A DNA stretch of 64,000 nt from an uncultured Candidatus Saccharibacteria bacterium (GCA_964456475.1 CAYVZI010000006.1:7074-71073); one strand, 5' to 3'; counted from the stretch's first letter, positions 29,371-39,486 are shown. Program-made: numbers and translations. The notes: generated from the sequence alone by a model not told the origin.

Positions 29371-30063
29371 ATGAGAAAAGCACCCCTGGTAGAGGAACAT
29401 TTTTACCATATATACAATCGAGGAGTAGATAAGCGTAAAGTCTTTGAAAGTAAAAAAGATTATTCGCGTTTTTTGTATAACCTATACCTTTCAAATTCTA
29501 CACAAGCTTTTAACTTGTCCGATCTAATCAAATATCAAGAATCTAAAGAATTGATATTTTCCCTGCCTCGCGAAGATGAATTGGTTTCAATTCATGCATA
29601 CAGTTTAATGCCGAACCATTTTCATTTGATTATTAGTCAAAAAAAGGAAAAAGGTATCAGTCTTTTCATGCAAAAGCTCACTACTGCATACACTATGTAT
29701 TTTAATAAGAAGAGCAATCGTTCAGGTTCTCTTTTTCAAGGAACTTTCAAATCTAAACATATCGCATCTGATGATTATCTTCGTTACCTATTTGCATACG
29801 TACATGCAAATTCCTTCTCAACAATCGAGGGAGAGATATCTGAAAAAAATATTGAAAAAGTTCTCAATTATGAATATTCAAGCATTCTCGATTATCAAGA
29901 CATTATTCGACCAGAAAATTCAATCGTGAGAACAGATTTTTTTGAAAAAGAATTTACGAATAAAGATGGTCTTATTGAACAATTAAAAGCATGGCTCTCT
30001 TACCATCAACATCCTGAGGTTAAACCTCAAGATATCCAAAATAATGGTATAGTAGGCGTATGA
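29371..30063 (+). mobile_element. REP-associated tyrosine (HUH/Y1) transposase, RAYT-like
   Basis: YHIYNRGVDK, AYSLMPNHFHL (HUH), YTMYFNKK...GSLFQGTFKSKHI, catalytic YVHAN. Confidence 0.88.
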
Positions 30064-32126
30064 AAAAGCCTCACCGAAAGGGTCAGTCTCCAAAACGAGC
30101 CTCTGAACCAAAGAAATCCACTCCCCGCACCTCATTCAACAGAATGACCCTGGGAGCAGAAAAAAAGCCTAACGAGGGTAAATACATCGAAGGTACATTC
30201 CTCGTAATTGGACGCGGGGGTGGAGTCGTCAAATGTGCCGAATACAAAGACGGTATCCGCGTCTATGAAGAAAACGTAAACACGGCTCTTCATGGCGACG
30301 AAGTCAAAGTCAAAATCATTCAAAAGCGTCGCGAGGAAACCGTTGGCGCGATCAAAGAAATCGTACTTAGAACAAAAACCGATTTTACCGGCGTACTCGT
30401 CGAACAAAAAGGCAAATTCTTTTTGAAAGCATCTGATCCAAAAATGTATGCGCAAATTGAAGTAGACAAAAAAGGTCTCAGTTCCGCAATCGTCGGCAAG
30501 CGAGTATATGTGGCGATGAATCCATGGAACGATGCAAAGACTACCCCTACAGGCAAGGTCATCAAAGTGCTTGGAGTGCCAGGTGAACACGAAACCGAAA
30601 TGGAGGCCATCGCACTTGAACGCGGATTTACCGAAAACTTTCCCCAGGAAGTTCTTGCTGAAGCGAAGGCAATCAATGTTCGAGGAATCACACCAGACGA
30701 CCTCAAAGACCGCCGCGATTTCCGCAAGATTGTCACCTTCACCATCGACCCATATGATGCAAAAGACTTCGACGACGCCATCTCAGTAGAAAAGATGCCA
30801 AACGGCGACACAGAAATCGGGATTCATATCGCCGATGTTTCGCATTACGTACAACTCAAAACCGAACTCGATCGCGAAGCGCTTGAGCGCGGTACTTCCG
30901 TGTATCTCGTCGACCGTACAATCCCTATGCTTCCTCGAACACTCTCAGACGATCTCTGTTCCCTCCTTCCCCATGTCGATCGACTCACAATGAGTGCGGT
31001 TATCACATTTGGTGCTGATGGCACGGAAAAAGGTGCATGGTTTGGACCTACAATCATTCACTCAGCCGAGCGCTTCACGTATGAATCTGCACAAGAAGTG
31101 ATTGATGGTGCTTCACACAAATACAAAGACGAGCTCATGACGGCCGCGGGCATCGCGCGCGGCCTAGGCAAGGGTCGTGTCGCCGAAGGTGCATTGGTGC
31201 TTGAACAAGAAGAAGTCAAAGTCCTCATCGACGATCAAGGCCGTCCAACCAAAGTCGTCAAAAAAATCCGCACCGAAAGTCACACGCTCATCGAAGAGCT
31301 TATGCTTCTTGCCAATCGCCGAATCGCCGAATTTCTTGAGCGCGGTGGAAAAGCAAAAAAACCAAAAGGAAATATTCACGAACTCAAAAATGTTGATAGT
31401 GGCGAACACGCAGTCATCTACCGTATCCACGATCAACCAAGCGAAGAAAAAGCCGAAGATCTCGCCTTCTTCATGCGTTCAATCGGTCATCCACTCCCCG
31501 TTCGCAAAGACGGCTCACTCGACCCGAAAGCGATCGTCAAAGTTCTTGAAGGATTTGAAAATGGAGACCTCAAGCAGACAGTGCTCACCTTTGTGATTCG
31601 CAGTATGTCAAAGGCAATATATACGACAAAAAATATCGGTCACTATGGACTACAATTCGATCACTACACGCACTTCACTTCTCCAATTCGTCGCTATCCC
31701 GACCTGGTGATTCATCGCCTTCTTCGCTACGCGCTCGCAGGCAAACCAGCTCCGTCTGAAGCCCGCAAAACATATGAACGCATCGCACGACTTTGTTCAA
31801 TGGCCGAAATGCGCGCCGCCGATGCTGAACGTGAAAGTGTGAAGCTTAAACTTACCGAATACATGGCGACAAAGATCGGCCAGACAATTACCGGTATGAT
31901 TACCGGTGTCACTGAGTGGGGCTTATACGTGCGCGACAAAGAAACGACAGCCGAAGGTCTTGTCGGACTTCGCACAATGACGACCGAATCTTTCACACTC
32001 AATCCAAAACTCGCAACGATGACTGGATCAGTTTCTGGAAAAACATATCGCATTGGTGATACAATAATGGTGAAAGTCGTCAAAGCAGATCCAGAGAGAC
32101 GACAGATCGACTATGAATTAGCGTAA
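30060..32126 (+). CDS. rnr: ribonuclease R
   Basis: TIDPYDAKDFDDA, HIADVSHYV, YTHFTSPIRRYPDL, C-terminal S1 domain. Confidence 0.95.
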   Translation: MKKPHRKGQSPKRASEPKKSTPRTSFNRMTLGAEKKPNEGKYIEGTFLVIGRGGGVVKCAEYKDGIRVYEENVNTALHGDEVKVKIIQKRREETVGAIKEIVLRTKTDFTGVLVEQKGKFFLKASDPKMYAQIEVDKKGLSSAIVGKRVYVAMNPWNDAKTTPTGKVIKVLGVPGEHETEMEAIALERGFTENFPQEVLAEAKAINVRGITPDDLKDRRDFRKIVTFTIDPYDAKDFDDAISVEKMPNGDTEIGIHIADVSHYVQLKTELDREALERGTSVYLVDRTIPMLPRTLSDDLCSLLPHVDRLTMSAVITFGADGTEKGAWFGPTIIHSAERFTYESAQEVIDGASHKYKDELMTAAGIARGLGKGRVAEGALVLEQEEVKVLIDDQGRPTKVVKKIRTESHTLIEELMLLANRRIAEFLERGGKAKKPKGNIHELKNVDSGEHAVIYRIHDQPSEEKAEDLAFFMRSIGHPLPVRKDGSLDPKAIVKVLEGFENGDLKQTVLTFVIRSMSKAIYTTKNIGHYGLQFDHYTHFTSPIRRYPDLVIHRLLRYALAGKPAPSEARKTYERIARLCSMAEMRAADAERESVKLKLTEYMATKIGQTITGMITGVTEWGLYVRDKETTAEGLVGLRTMTTESFTLNPKLATMTGSVSGKTYRIGDTIMVKVVKADPERRQIDYELA

Positions 32127-32144
32127 ACGCTAATTCATAGTCGA

Positions 32145-32292
32145 GTTCATCAAGTCTATAAAGTTTATAAAGTTAAAAGTCATACGAATGCAATTTCTTC
32201 CCCGCCTGTACACAGGAGGGGGTGGCCGGTACTCCGGACGGGGTGGTTCCTAAACTTTATAAACTTTACGAACTTTATAAACTTTTAACTTT
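32145..32292. repeat. inverted arrays of a 9-mer (AAAGTTTAT / ATAAACTTT) around a GC-rich palindromic core
   Basis: aagtctataaagtttataaagttaaaagt ... aaactttataaactttacgaactttataaactttt. Similar arrays at about 27330, 34860 and 38380-38482. Confidence 0.7.
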
Positions 32293-32295
32293 TTT

Positions 32296-33336
32296 ATGTA
32301 TTCTCATAAAAATAACGACAAACAACTTCTATATTCCCTTATCTTCGTCGGACTTGTTGCCGGGCTTTTTGGACATTATTTTGAAACAGGCAAACTGAAT
32401 TTTGCTACAAACTCAAATCTCAATTCTGCTACGGCATTGCTTGCAACCGAACAGAATCTTACTTCCACAACACCATCTCTTCCGTTGATATCACTCGGCT
32501 TCGTCGGCGACATCATGCTTGATCGTGGAGTAAAGAAATCTGTTATGAACAACATGAGGGGCGACTATTCCAAACTTTTTGCAAACACCGAGTTCCTCAA
32601 AACTCCCGACATCATGTTTGCCAATCTCGAAGGCCCGGTATCAGATCAAGGCAAAGACAAAAGAAACCTCTACTCGTTCCGCATGGACCCAAAATCATTA
32701 ATTGCACTCAAAGATTCCGGCATCGACGTCGTTTCTTTTGCCAACAATCATGTAGGTGATTACGGCCGGCCGGCTTTTGAGGATACTCTCAAGCGACTTC
32801 GCGACACAGGTATTCTTTCTTGTGGTGCTGGAATGAACCGCGCCGAAGCGGAAACACCAGCCATCGTCGTGCAAAACAATTTCAAAGTCGGCTATTTGTG
32901 TTTTTCAGATGTCGGCCCCGCAGATATGGAAGCCACCGATTCAACGAGTGGAATTCTCTTGGCAAGCAATCCCCGCTTTGACGAAATAATCAAAAACGCC
33001 GCAACAAAAGTAGATGCGCTCATCGTATCATTCCATTTTGGAGAAGAATATGAACAGATTCACAATGGACCACAAGAAGCACTCGCAAAAAAAGCCATCA
33101 ATGATGGCGCTGTAATGATTGTCGGACATCATCCGCATGTTCCGCAAGATATTGCCTATTATGACGGCAAGCCAGTACTCTACAGTCTGGGCAATTTCAT
33201 CTTCGATCAGTATTTTTCAAAAGAAACAATGGGCGGATTATTCGTCACTGCAACTCTCATCGGCACCGAGGTCTCCAACGTAACCTCGCATCAAATCGTC
33301 CTTAACAAAAACTTCGTACCTCACTTAGCAAAGTGA
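32296..33336 (+). CDS. CapA/PgsA-family metallophosphoesterase, membrane anchored
   Basis: VGDIMLDR, ANLEGP, FANNHVGDYG, SFHFGEEY, GHHPHV, YSLGNFIFDQ. Confidence 0.9.
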   Translation: MYSHKNNDKQLLYSLIFVGLVAGLFGHYFETGKLNFATNSNLNSATALLATEQNLTSTTPSLPLISLGFVGDIMLDRGVKKSVMNNMRGDYSKLFANTEFLKTPDIMFANLEGPVSDQGKDKRNLYSFRMDPKSLIALKDSGIDVVSFANNHVGDYGRPAFEDTLKRLRDTGILSCGAGMNRAEAETPAIVVQNNFKVGYLCFSDVGPADMEATDSTSGILLASNPRFDEIIKNAATKVDALIVSFHFGEEYEQIHNGPQEALAKKAINDGAVMIVGHHPHVPQDIAYYDGKPVLYSLGNFIFDQYFSKETMGGLFVTATLIGTEVSNVTSHQIVLNKNFVPHLAK

Positions 33337-33426
33337 CTCTTGGAGTATATTCAGCAGAATGACCCTGGGGGTATACTTAGCAAAGTGACTCTTGGAGCAT
33401 ATTCAGCAGAATGACTCTTGGAGCAG
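33323..33426 (+). repeat. four tandem 26-bp double-hairpin units
   Basis: acttagcaaagtgactcttggagtat / attcagcagaatgaccctgggggtat / acttagcaaagtgactcttggagcat / attcagcagaatgactcttggagcag. Confidence 0.9.
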
Positions 33427-33529
33427 CTTGGCAAAATAAAAGTAGCCAACCGATATGGCTGGCTACTTGATAGATGTTTATAGAACAATTAACTTTGAGT
33501 CCGACACGACCCAATAATTGCCTAAGGGG

Positions 33530-34624
33530 TTATGCTTCCCTACTGGTTCCTGGCTTTAAAACCTGGACATACAATTTGCTTGTACCTTCGCTTGTAATAT
33601 CAAGCGTAACATTCAAACCAACCTTACCGGCCACTACCTTGTCTACCATTGCAGGCAACTGAGCGATAGCCTCTTTCATGCTTTGATTAACATCTACTAC
33701 GACGTTCTCAGATGTTGTAGGTTGTTGTGCTTGTTCTTGCACTGGTGCAGTGTACATCGGCTGCACGTTAGGCGTTGGTGTAAATGTAATACCATCATTA
33801 GCAATACCGGCACCCATACGTATGTCATTCCCGCACTGCAGGATTGAAAATACATAACTTGGCTCGGTGGCGTCATCAACAAATACTGTGGCACGAATGC
33901 CAGGGATATTGTTGAGTACCATTTGCCTCGGATGATCCAAATAACCAACTTCCTTACGAACACCATGACTGTCTAACGTACCACGCTCAATCCTTTCAAT
34001 GCGCACATTGTGCATTGGGTACTGACGATGTGCATTTTGCATCATAATGTTATGCGCATTATCCTCGGTGATACCACTGGAATACATTGCAGGTCCTGCA
34101 GTTGCCGGATTATTTCTGCGTTCGGCTAGTTCTCTCTGTCTTCTATCAAATGCAATTTTTTCGTTCCACATCACATAAGAAAGTATTACAAGAACAACCA
34201 AAATAATGAGCCAGCCATACCATGGAACTCCGAAGAATGTACCATCGTGTTCCGACCTAACAACCGGTTTTACGATTACAACTTCCTTTTTCCTTTCTGG
34301 AGTTGTCTGCCCCAGAGTGTCATCATAGTTCACAACGAGCCCGTGAACAGATGGCATTGTTTCCAGCATGCGCCGTACGATACGGCACTGGAAATCTCCA
34401 GGCTCAACGATATAGGTTGTGTCGAACCCATCGCTAAACCTGAAACTGAGTACCTGCCCAGGCAAAATTTGGTTGGGATTTGAAATGCCGTGCAGTGCGT
34501 TCGCCTGCTTGGATTTCATAATCACGTTCCAAACTTCCTGTTCAGAAACTGTCTTTACTGTCTGACCGGACACAGTAACAACGGTCGCGATGAAGCTCGC
34601 AAGGGCTACAATGAGTTTCTTCAT
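33530..34624 (-). CDS. secreted/membrane protein with a LysM-like N-terminal region
   Basis: Signal peptide, GISNPNQILPGQVL and YIVEPGD LysM-like motifs, central TM. Confidence 0.6.
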   Translation of the reverse strand: MKKLIVALASFIATVVTVSGQTVKTVSEQEVWNVIMKSKQANALHGISNPNQILPGQVLSFRFSDGFDTTYIVEPGDFQCRIVRRMLETMPSVHGLVVNYDDTLGQTTPERKKEVVIVKPVVRSEHDGTFFGVPWYGWLIILVVLVILSYVMWNEKIAFDRRQRELAERRNNPATAGPAMYSSGITEDNAHNIMMQNAHRQYPMHNVRIERIERGTLDSHGVRKEVGYLDHPRQMVLNNIPGIRATVFVDDATEPSYVFSILQCGNDIRMGAGIANDGITFTPTPNVQPMYTAPVQEQAQQPTTSENVVVDVNQSMKEAIAQLPAMVDKVVAGKVGLNVTLDITSEGTSKLYVQVLKPGTSREA

Positions 34625-34911
34625 TGCTTAGATATTTAATTGTGATGGCCTACTTTTGTGTATTGGGCTCAGCCGTGATCCCGTTCAGCGACCAAGCGTA
34701 TATCTTAGTCATTAAACGGGACCTACAATTAAACGGATTTCAAAGATCTCAACTACTTATATTATATCATATAATATACCATACTGTCAATAGCTATAAA
34801 AAGCCCTATTATAAGGGTTTACTAACGCAAGACTGCCCGCCAAAGGCGGGCAGTCTTGCAACTTTATGAACTATATAACTTTCAACTTTCAAAATAATTT
34901 TGTAACCAAAA

Positions 34912-37152
34912 TTATTTTGCAATCTGCACCGCCTCGTCAAATTTGATCGAAAGGAGTTTTGATGCCCCTTCGAGGCCCATAGTTACTCCATAGAGCACCT
35001 GGGCGCGGGACATGGTCTCGCGATTGTGTGTGACTACAATGAGCTTTGAATGCTTGGAAAGATGACTGAGCATGTCTCCATATTTGCGAGAGTTTGCTTC
35101 ATCGAGCGCTGCGTCAGTCTCGTCGAGCACGAGGAATGGCGGTGGATTCACCTGACTCATCGCAAAGAGTAGCGCGATCGAAATGAGTGAACGTTCCCCA
35201 CCGGAGAGCATCTGAAGATCGCGGACTTTTTTGTGCGGAAGGCTCACGTTGATTTCGATGCCATGTTCAAAAGGAAGAGTATCTTCATCTTCCAAATCTG
35301 ATGCAGTATCTTCTTCGTCCAATTCTTTAGGCTTCCTATGTTCTACAATGATTGAGAGGAATGCATTTCCCCCGCCGAACATGAGCTTGAAGAAGTCAGA
35401 AAATTGCACGTTAATCTTTTCAATTCCCTCTTTGAACGTGCGTTCGATTGTATCGCGAAGTTCATGAATGAGTTCACGAAGCGACGCCATTGATTCATCG
35501 ATATCAATGATTTCCTTTGCAAGGAATTCATCGCGCGCTTTTGTATCTTCGTATTCTTTGATTGTCTCAGAACCCGAAGCCGCACCGGCGTCTTCAAGCT
35601 TGATCTTAATGCGCTCAACTCGTCGATATAATGCCTCACGTTCTGCAACCAGATCTTCCGTATCAGCTTCCGCACTTTCTTTGTGAGAAATGATGATAGT
35701 ACCAAAGAGTGCTTGCGCCTCACGGAGCGACTCGTTAAAAATGGCATTTCGTCGTGCGAGATTTTCTCGGCGAAGTGCAAGTTCGCGAAGTGAACCTTCG
35801 AGCGTTGCTCGGCGAGTCGCTCCGGCATACGCACTGCGTTCTTCTTCACGAAGATTGCGTTCAATGACTGCGAGTTTTTCACGCACAGCCGAAACAGCAC
35901 TGCGTGCTTGCACGATAGCAGAATCAATCTCGGCGAGGCGCGCTTCACGCGCGCCTCGCTCACTTTCAATGCGAGCTCGCACATCAGACTGATCGACGAA
36001 TGCTTCTTTTGCGCCATCGAGTGATTGCACAAATTCTGAAATTTTGTATTTCATCGAAGAGAGCGTCGTGCGAACTTCCGAAAGAGACTCCACTGCTCCT
36101 ACACTTTCAATTGTAGAAATTATTTCTTCACAGATAGTCTGTACTTGTTCACGCGGCACGCTCGTCACCGCATGCGTCTCATGTACGACAGAGAGTGCAT
36201 CGAGCTTGCCTTCGATACGTCCAATCGCACGCGAAAGATCCTCACGCTCATGCGAGAGTTTTGATTGCGCTTCTTCAGCAGTGCGCAATTCGGCAAATGC
36301 TTGATTACGGGATTGATCGTGCTTGTTCCCTGTCTCTGCAGTCGAAATTTCTGGAATACTCGCGAGTTCATTTCGAATCGCGACTTCTTCTGTATGTAAT
36401 TCTTTTTCTTTATACGCAATGGCACTTGATTCGAGTGTCGCATATTCCTGAAACAGCGTTCCAAATTCGTTGCGCATCTCTTCCGTTTTTTGGATTTTTT
36501 CTACCTGCTTACTCAAGTAGGTCAAATGAGGAGCAAGTTCACGGCGAAGGGCCTGCACCTCTTTGAGATTGGCAGTTGTCTTTTCAAGTTTGCGCTCACT
36601 ATCGCGAATACGGATTTGATACACCTTGAGCCCGAGTGCATCTTCGATCATTCCACGACGGTCTTTTGCAGATGCAGTAAGGAGTCGATCAGCCTCGCCC
36701 TGAGAGATGATATGGTGTCCAGACGCGCCGATGTTCACCGAACCAAGAAGTTCATTGATATCTTTAAGACGCACGTTTGTTCCATTGATAAAATAGTTTG
36801 AACCAGTAGCTGTGACTTCGCGCGCAAGCGTAATCTCATCAAAGCCAAGTTCAGCTGCCGCACCAGAAGCACTCGAAAAGGCAAACTTACGATCAGCATT
36901 TTCAAAAGTAATCGCCACACGAGCCTTAGATCCAGCTGGCAGAAGCTTTGAACCTTTCCAAATCAAATCAGTTCCCCCTTTTCCACGAAGTGACTTCATC
37001 GATTGCTCACCAAGCACGTAGCGAATGGATTCCACCACATTAGACTTTCCCGAACCATTCGGGCCAACAATTGCAGTAATAGGCGTATCAAAAGACAACA
37101 CCGTCTTTTTCGCAAAGCTCTTAAAACCGCTGATTTCTATACTTTTTAGCAT
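34912..37152 (-). CDS. smc: SMC-family ATPase (short form)
   Basis: GFKSFA, GPNGSGKSN, IISQG, LSGGE, LDETDAALD; adjacent to rnc. Confidence 0.88.
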   Translation of the reverse strand: MLKSIEISGFKSFAKKTVLSFDTPITAIVGPNGSGKSNVVESIRYVLGEQSMKSLRGKGGTDLIWKGSKLLPAGSKARVAITFENADRKFAFSSASGAAAELGFDEITLAREVTATGSNYFINGTNVRLKDINELLGSVNIGASGHHIISQGEADRLLTASAKDRRGMIEDALGLKVYQIRIRDSERKLEKTTANLKEVQALRRELAPHLTYLSKQVEKIQKTEEMRNEFGTLFQEYATLESSAIAYKEKELHTEEVAIRNELASIPEISTAETGNKHDQSRNQAFAELRTAEEAQSKLSHEREDLSRAIGRIEGKLDALSVVHETHAVTSVPREQVQTICEEIISTIESVGAVESLSEVRTTLSSMKYKISEFVQSLDGAKEAFVDQSDVRARIESERGAREARLAEIDSAIVQARSAVSAVREKLAVIERNLREEERSAYAGATRRATLEGSLRELALRRENLARRNAIFNESLREAQALFGTIIISHKESAEADTEDLVAEREALYRRVERIKIKLEDAGAASGSETIKEYEDTKARDEFLAKEIIDIDESMASLRELIHELRDTIERTFKEGIEKINVQFSDFFKLMFGGGNAFLSIIVEHRKPKELDEEDTASDLEDEDTLPFEHGIEINVSLPHKKVRDLQMLSGGERSLISIALLFAMSQVNPPPFLVLDETDAALDEANSRKYGDMLSHLSKHSKLIVVTHNRETMSRAQVLYGVTMGLEGASKLLSIKFDEAVQIAK

Positions 37153-37197
37153 ACAATAAGAAGATTATACCATTTTCGAGTAATAAAAAAGAGCCGT

Positions 37198-37611
37198 TTA
37201 ATTAACAGCTCTTTTAATTTTCTCATCAAAAAAATCAATCAAAATACACATCAAGATTACAATATATGACAAGCCAAAGGAGACTATATCATTACTATCA
37301 TATACTCCAGGTGATATGTGATATTTTTGTAGTAATTCCGAAGCTACCCCTAACACGAGAAAGATTGTACCAAAAAACAAAAATCGTTCACGTACACTTG
37401 TTTTCCGAAACATTTTCTTTCTTCCAAAAAAAGATGTACAAAACACTGAATACAAAAACGGGTCAGTGCTATCATTAAAATAAGAAGACATGAGTGGCCA
37501 ACCTTTAGTCTGATGAAATATTTCGAGCAGCATGAATATAATTCGCAATACTGCAACTACACCAACGAGACCAAAAACGAATTTACGGAAGTTAGAATTA
37601 TTTTCTTGCAT
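37198..37611 (-). CDS. hypothetical membrane protein
   Basis: 137 aa, several TM segments, ELLQK...GVYDSNDIV. Confidence 0.55.
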   Translation of the reverse strand: MQENNSNFRKFVFGLVGVVAVLRIIFMLLEIFHQTKGWPLMSSYFNDSTDPFLYSVFCTSFFGRKKMFRKTSVRERFLFFGTIFLVLGVASELLQKYHISPGVYDSNDIVSFGLSYIVILMCILIDFFDEKIKRAVN

Positions 37612-37664
37612 AGAACATGATTTTCATGAACTATACACCTTTCGTATTTTTTTGTATATCAGAG

Positions 37665-38375
37665 CTAATCCAACCACTTTTTGGCTTCAAGCGCATTACG
37701 TGCCGCATCCTGCTCTGCTTCCTGCTTTGAATGTCCTTTGCCTTCAGCGATTTTCTCCGCGCCGAAAAAGATTCCGATGGTGAAATTCTTGTCATGATCT
37801 GGACCGGTCTCACGAATCACTTTGTATGAAGGAGTGACGCCGACATACTCCTGGCATTTTTCCTGCACGAGTGATTTTGAGTCGCGCCACAATTTTTTCT
37901 TTACAATTTCAGCGGCGCGCTTGTGGAGGAATCGGTCAATAAACTTTTCCGTCACCACAAAACCTTGATCAAGGTACATTGCGCCAATAAGCGCTTCTAT
38001 CGCGTTTGCAAGAATATACAGTCGTGCTTTTCCGGTATCTTTAGCTTCCCCACGAGAAAGAAATAAATATTCATTCATGTTGATCTCGTTTGCGAATTCG
38101 GCCATCGTGTTGGCATTCACGAGCGCAGCACGATATGCAGTAAGCTCTCCCTCAGGAGAGTCAGTATATGTTTTGTATAAAAAGTCGGTCACTGCAAGCT
38201 CGAGAACGGCGTCTCCGAGGAATTCGAGACGCTCATTGTGCTCGAGTCCTTTGCTTGGATTTTCATTCAAATACGAACGGTGAATAAACGCTTGTGCAAG
38301 CAAGTCGCGATTTTTAAATGTTACGCCAATAGATTCTTCAAATGGAGCCCAGTCTCGAGAGATTTTTTCAGACAT
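37665..38375 (-). CDS. rnc: ribonuclease III
   Basis: HNERLEFLGDAVLEL signature plus dsRBD. Confidence 0.97.
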   Translation of the reverse strand: MSEKISRDWAPFEESIGVTFKNRDLLAQAFIHRSYLNENPSKGLEHNERLEFLGDAVLELAVTDFLYKTYTDSPEGELTAYRAALVNANTMAEFANEINMNEYLFLSRGEAKDTGKARLYILANAIEALIGAMYLDQGFVVTEKFIDRFLHKRAAEIVKKKLWRDSKSLVQEKCQEYVGVTPSYKVIRETGPDHDKNFTIGIFFGAEKIAEGKGHSKQEAEQDAARNALEAKKWLD

Positions 38376-38481
38376 AAGAATAAGTTAAAAGTTTATAAAG
38401 TTCTTAAAGTTTATAAAGTGAAATTCAACAATGCGTGCCTGTATAGACTTTATGAACTTTCAACTTTATAAACTTGATGAA

Positions 38482-39387
38482 CTATTGTGCTCCCGTCAAT
38501 TTCGAAATAGCAGTCGCCATGTATCCAGTCACGTCATCATACATTTTGAGTCCTGCCACTTCTGCCACAGTAAACCAGCGCACATCATCAAGTCCTCCAG
38601 AATCATTTTTAAGAGTTACAGGTACGTATGATGACTCACCAAGAAAGAATATGACATGCTTGCGAATCTTGCCTTTTGTCGGATGATTGGCAACATATTC
38701 ACTCTCACCAATCTTGTCCACAACTTGTATATCAAGATTTGTTTCTTCTTTTATTTCACGAACAGCCGCCTGTTCTGGAGTCTCTCCTTCCTCAACTCCT
38801 CCTTTAGAAAGGGTCCAATAGCCGAAAATATCATGCACAAGCGCAAAGTAGAGTTCATCACCGTTTCGTGCGTAGATAAGCGCTCCAGCTTTTTGCTCAA
38901 TCGGAAGCGTAGTGATGTCCACATCTTCGTTTTTCTTTTGACGCTTTGATTTCTGATCCTTACCTGGCTCGCCAATTTCTTTGTAGACAGCACCAAGCAC
39001 ACCGTTGATGAATCGTGATGAACTATCACCGCCGAATGTCTTTGCGAGTTCGATTGCTTCATTGATAGCAACTTTCGGTGGAACTTCGTTATGGTCACCA
39101 AAAAGGAGCTCGCCGAGACCCATGCGCAAAATATTGCGGTCTACGGCATTGATCTTTTCTACTGGCCATTCCGGTGCAGCCTTGGCAATGATTTGGTCGA
39201 TAATCTCTCGTTTGTCGATGACAAAACCGAGAATTTTCTTCATAAAAGCAATATCCTCATTTCCTGGTGCAAATTCCCCTTCGTTGCGTTCAAGCATAGA
39301 AGCAGTACCCTCTGTTGGATATTGTTTAAAATCCCACTCAAAGAGTGTTTGAAGAACTATTGATCTAGAAAGATGACGATTTGCCAT
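38482..39387 (-). CDS. nusB: transcription antitermination factor NusB fused to a NUDIX domain
   Basis: DRNILR, VAINEAIELAKTFG, FINGVLG, then Nudix box GGVEEGETPEQAAVREIKEETNL. Confidence 0.92.
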   Translation of the reverse strand: MANRHLSRSIVLQTLFEWDFKQYPTEGTASMLERNEGEFAPGNEDIAFMKKILGFVIDKREIIDQIIAKAAPEWPVEKINAVDRNILRMGLGELLFGDHNEVPPKVAINEAIELAKTFGGDSSSRFINGVLGAVYKEIGEPGKDQKSKRQKKNEDVDITTLPIEQKAGALIYARNGDELYFALVHDIFGYWTLSKGGVEEGETPEQAAVREIKEETNLDIQVVDKIGESEYVANHPTKGKIRKHVIFFLGESSYVPVTLKNDSGGLDDVRWFTVAEVAGLKMYDDVTGYMATAISKLTGAQ

Positions 39388-39486
39388 AAATAAAAGAACA
39401 CAGGAGAAACTCGAAACTCTAAGTTCTAAACTCTAATACAAAGTTACAATTGAGAACTTAAACTTGCACGGCGTTGTGCAGGCTGA

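Noticed and set aside
33323-33426. Possible mini CRISPR array
   Set aside because: The units are contiguous with no unique spacers, and there are no cas genes in the window.
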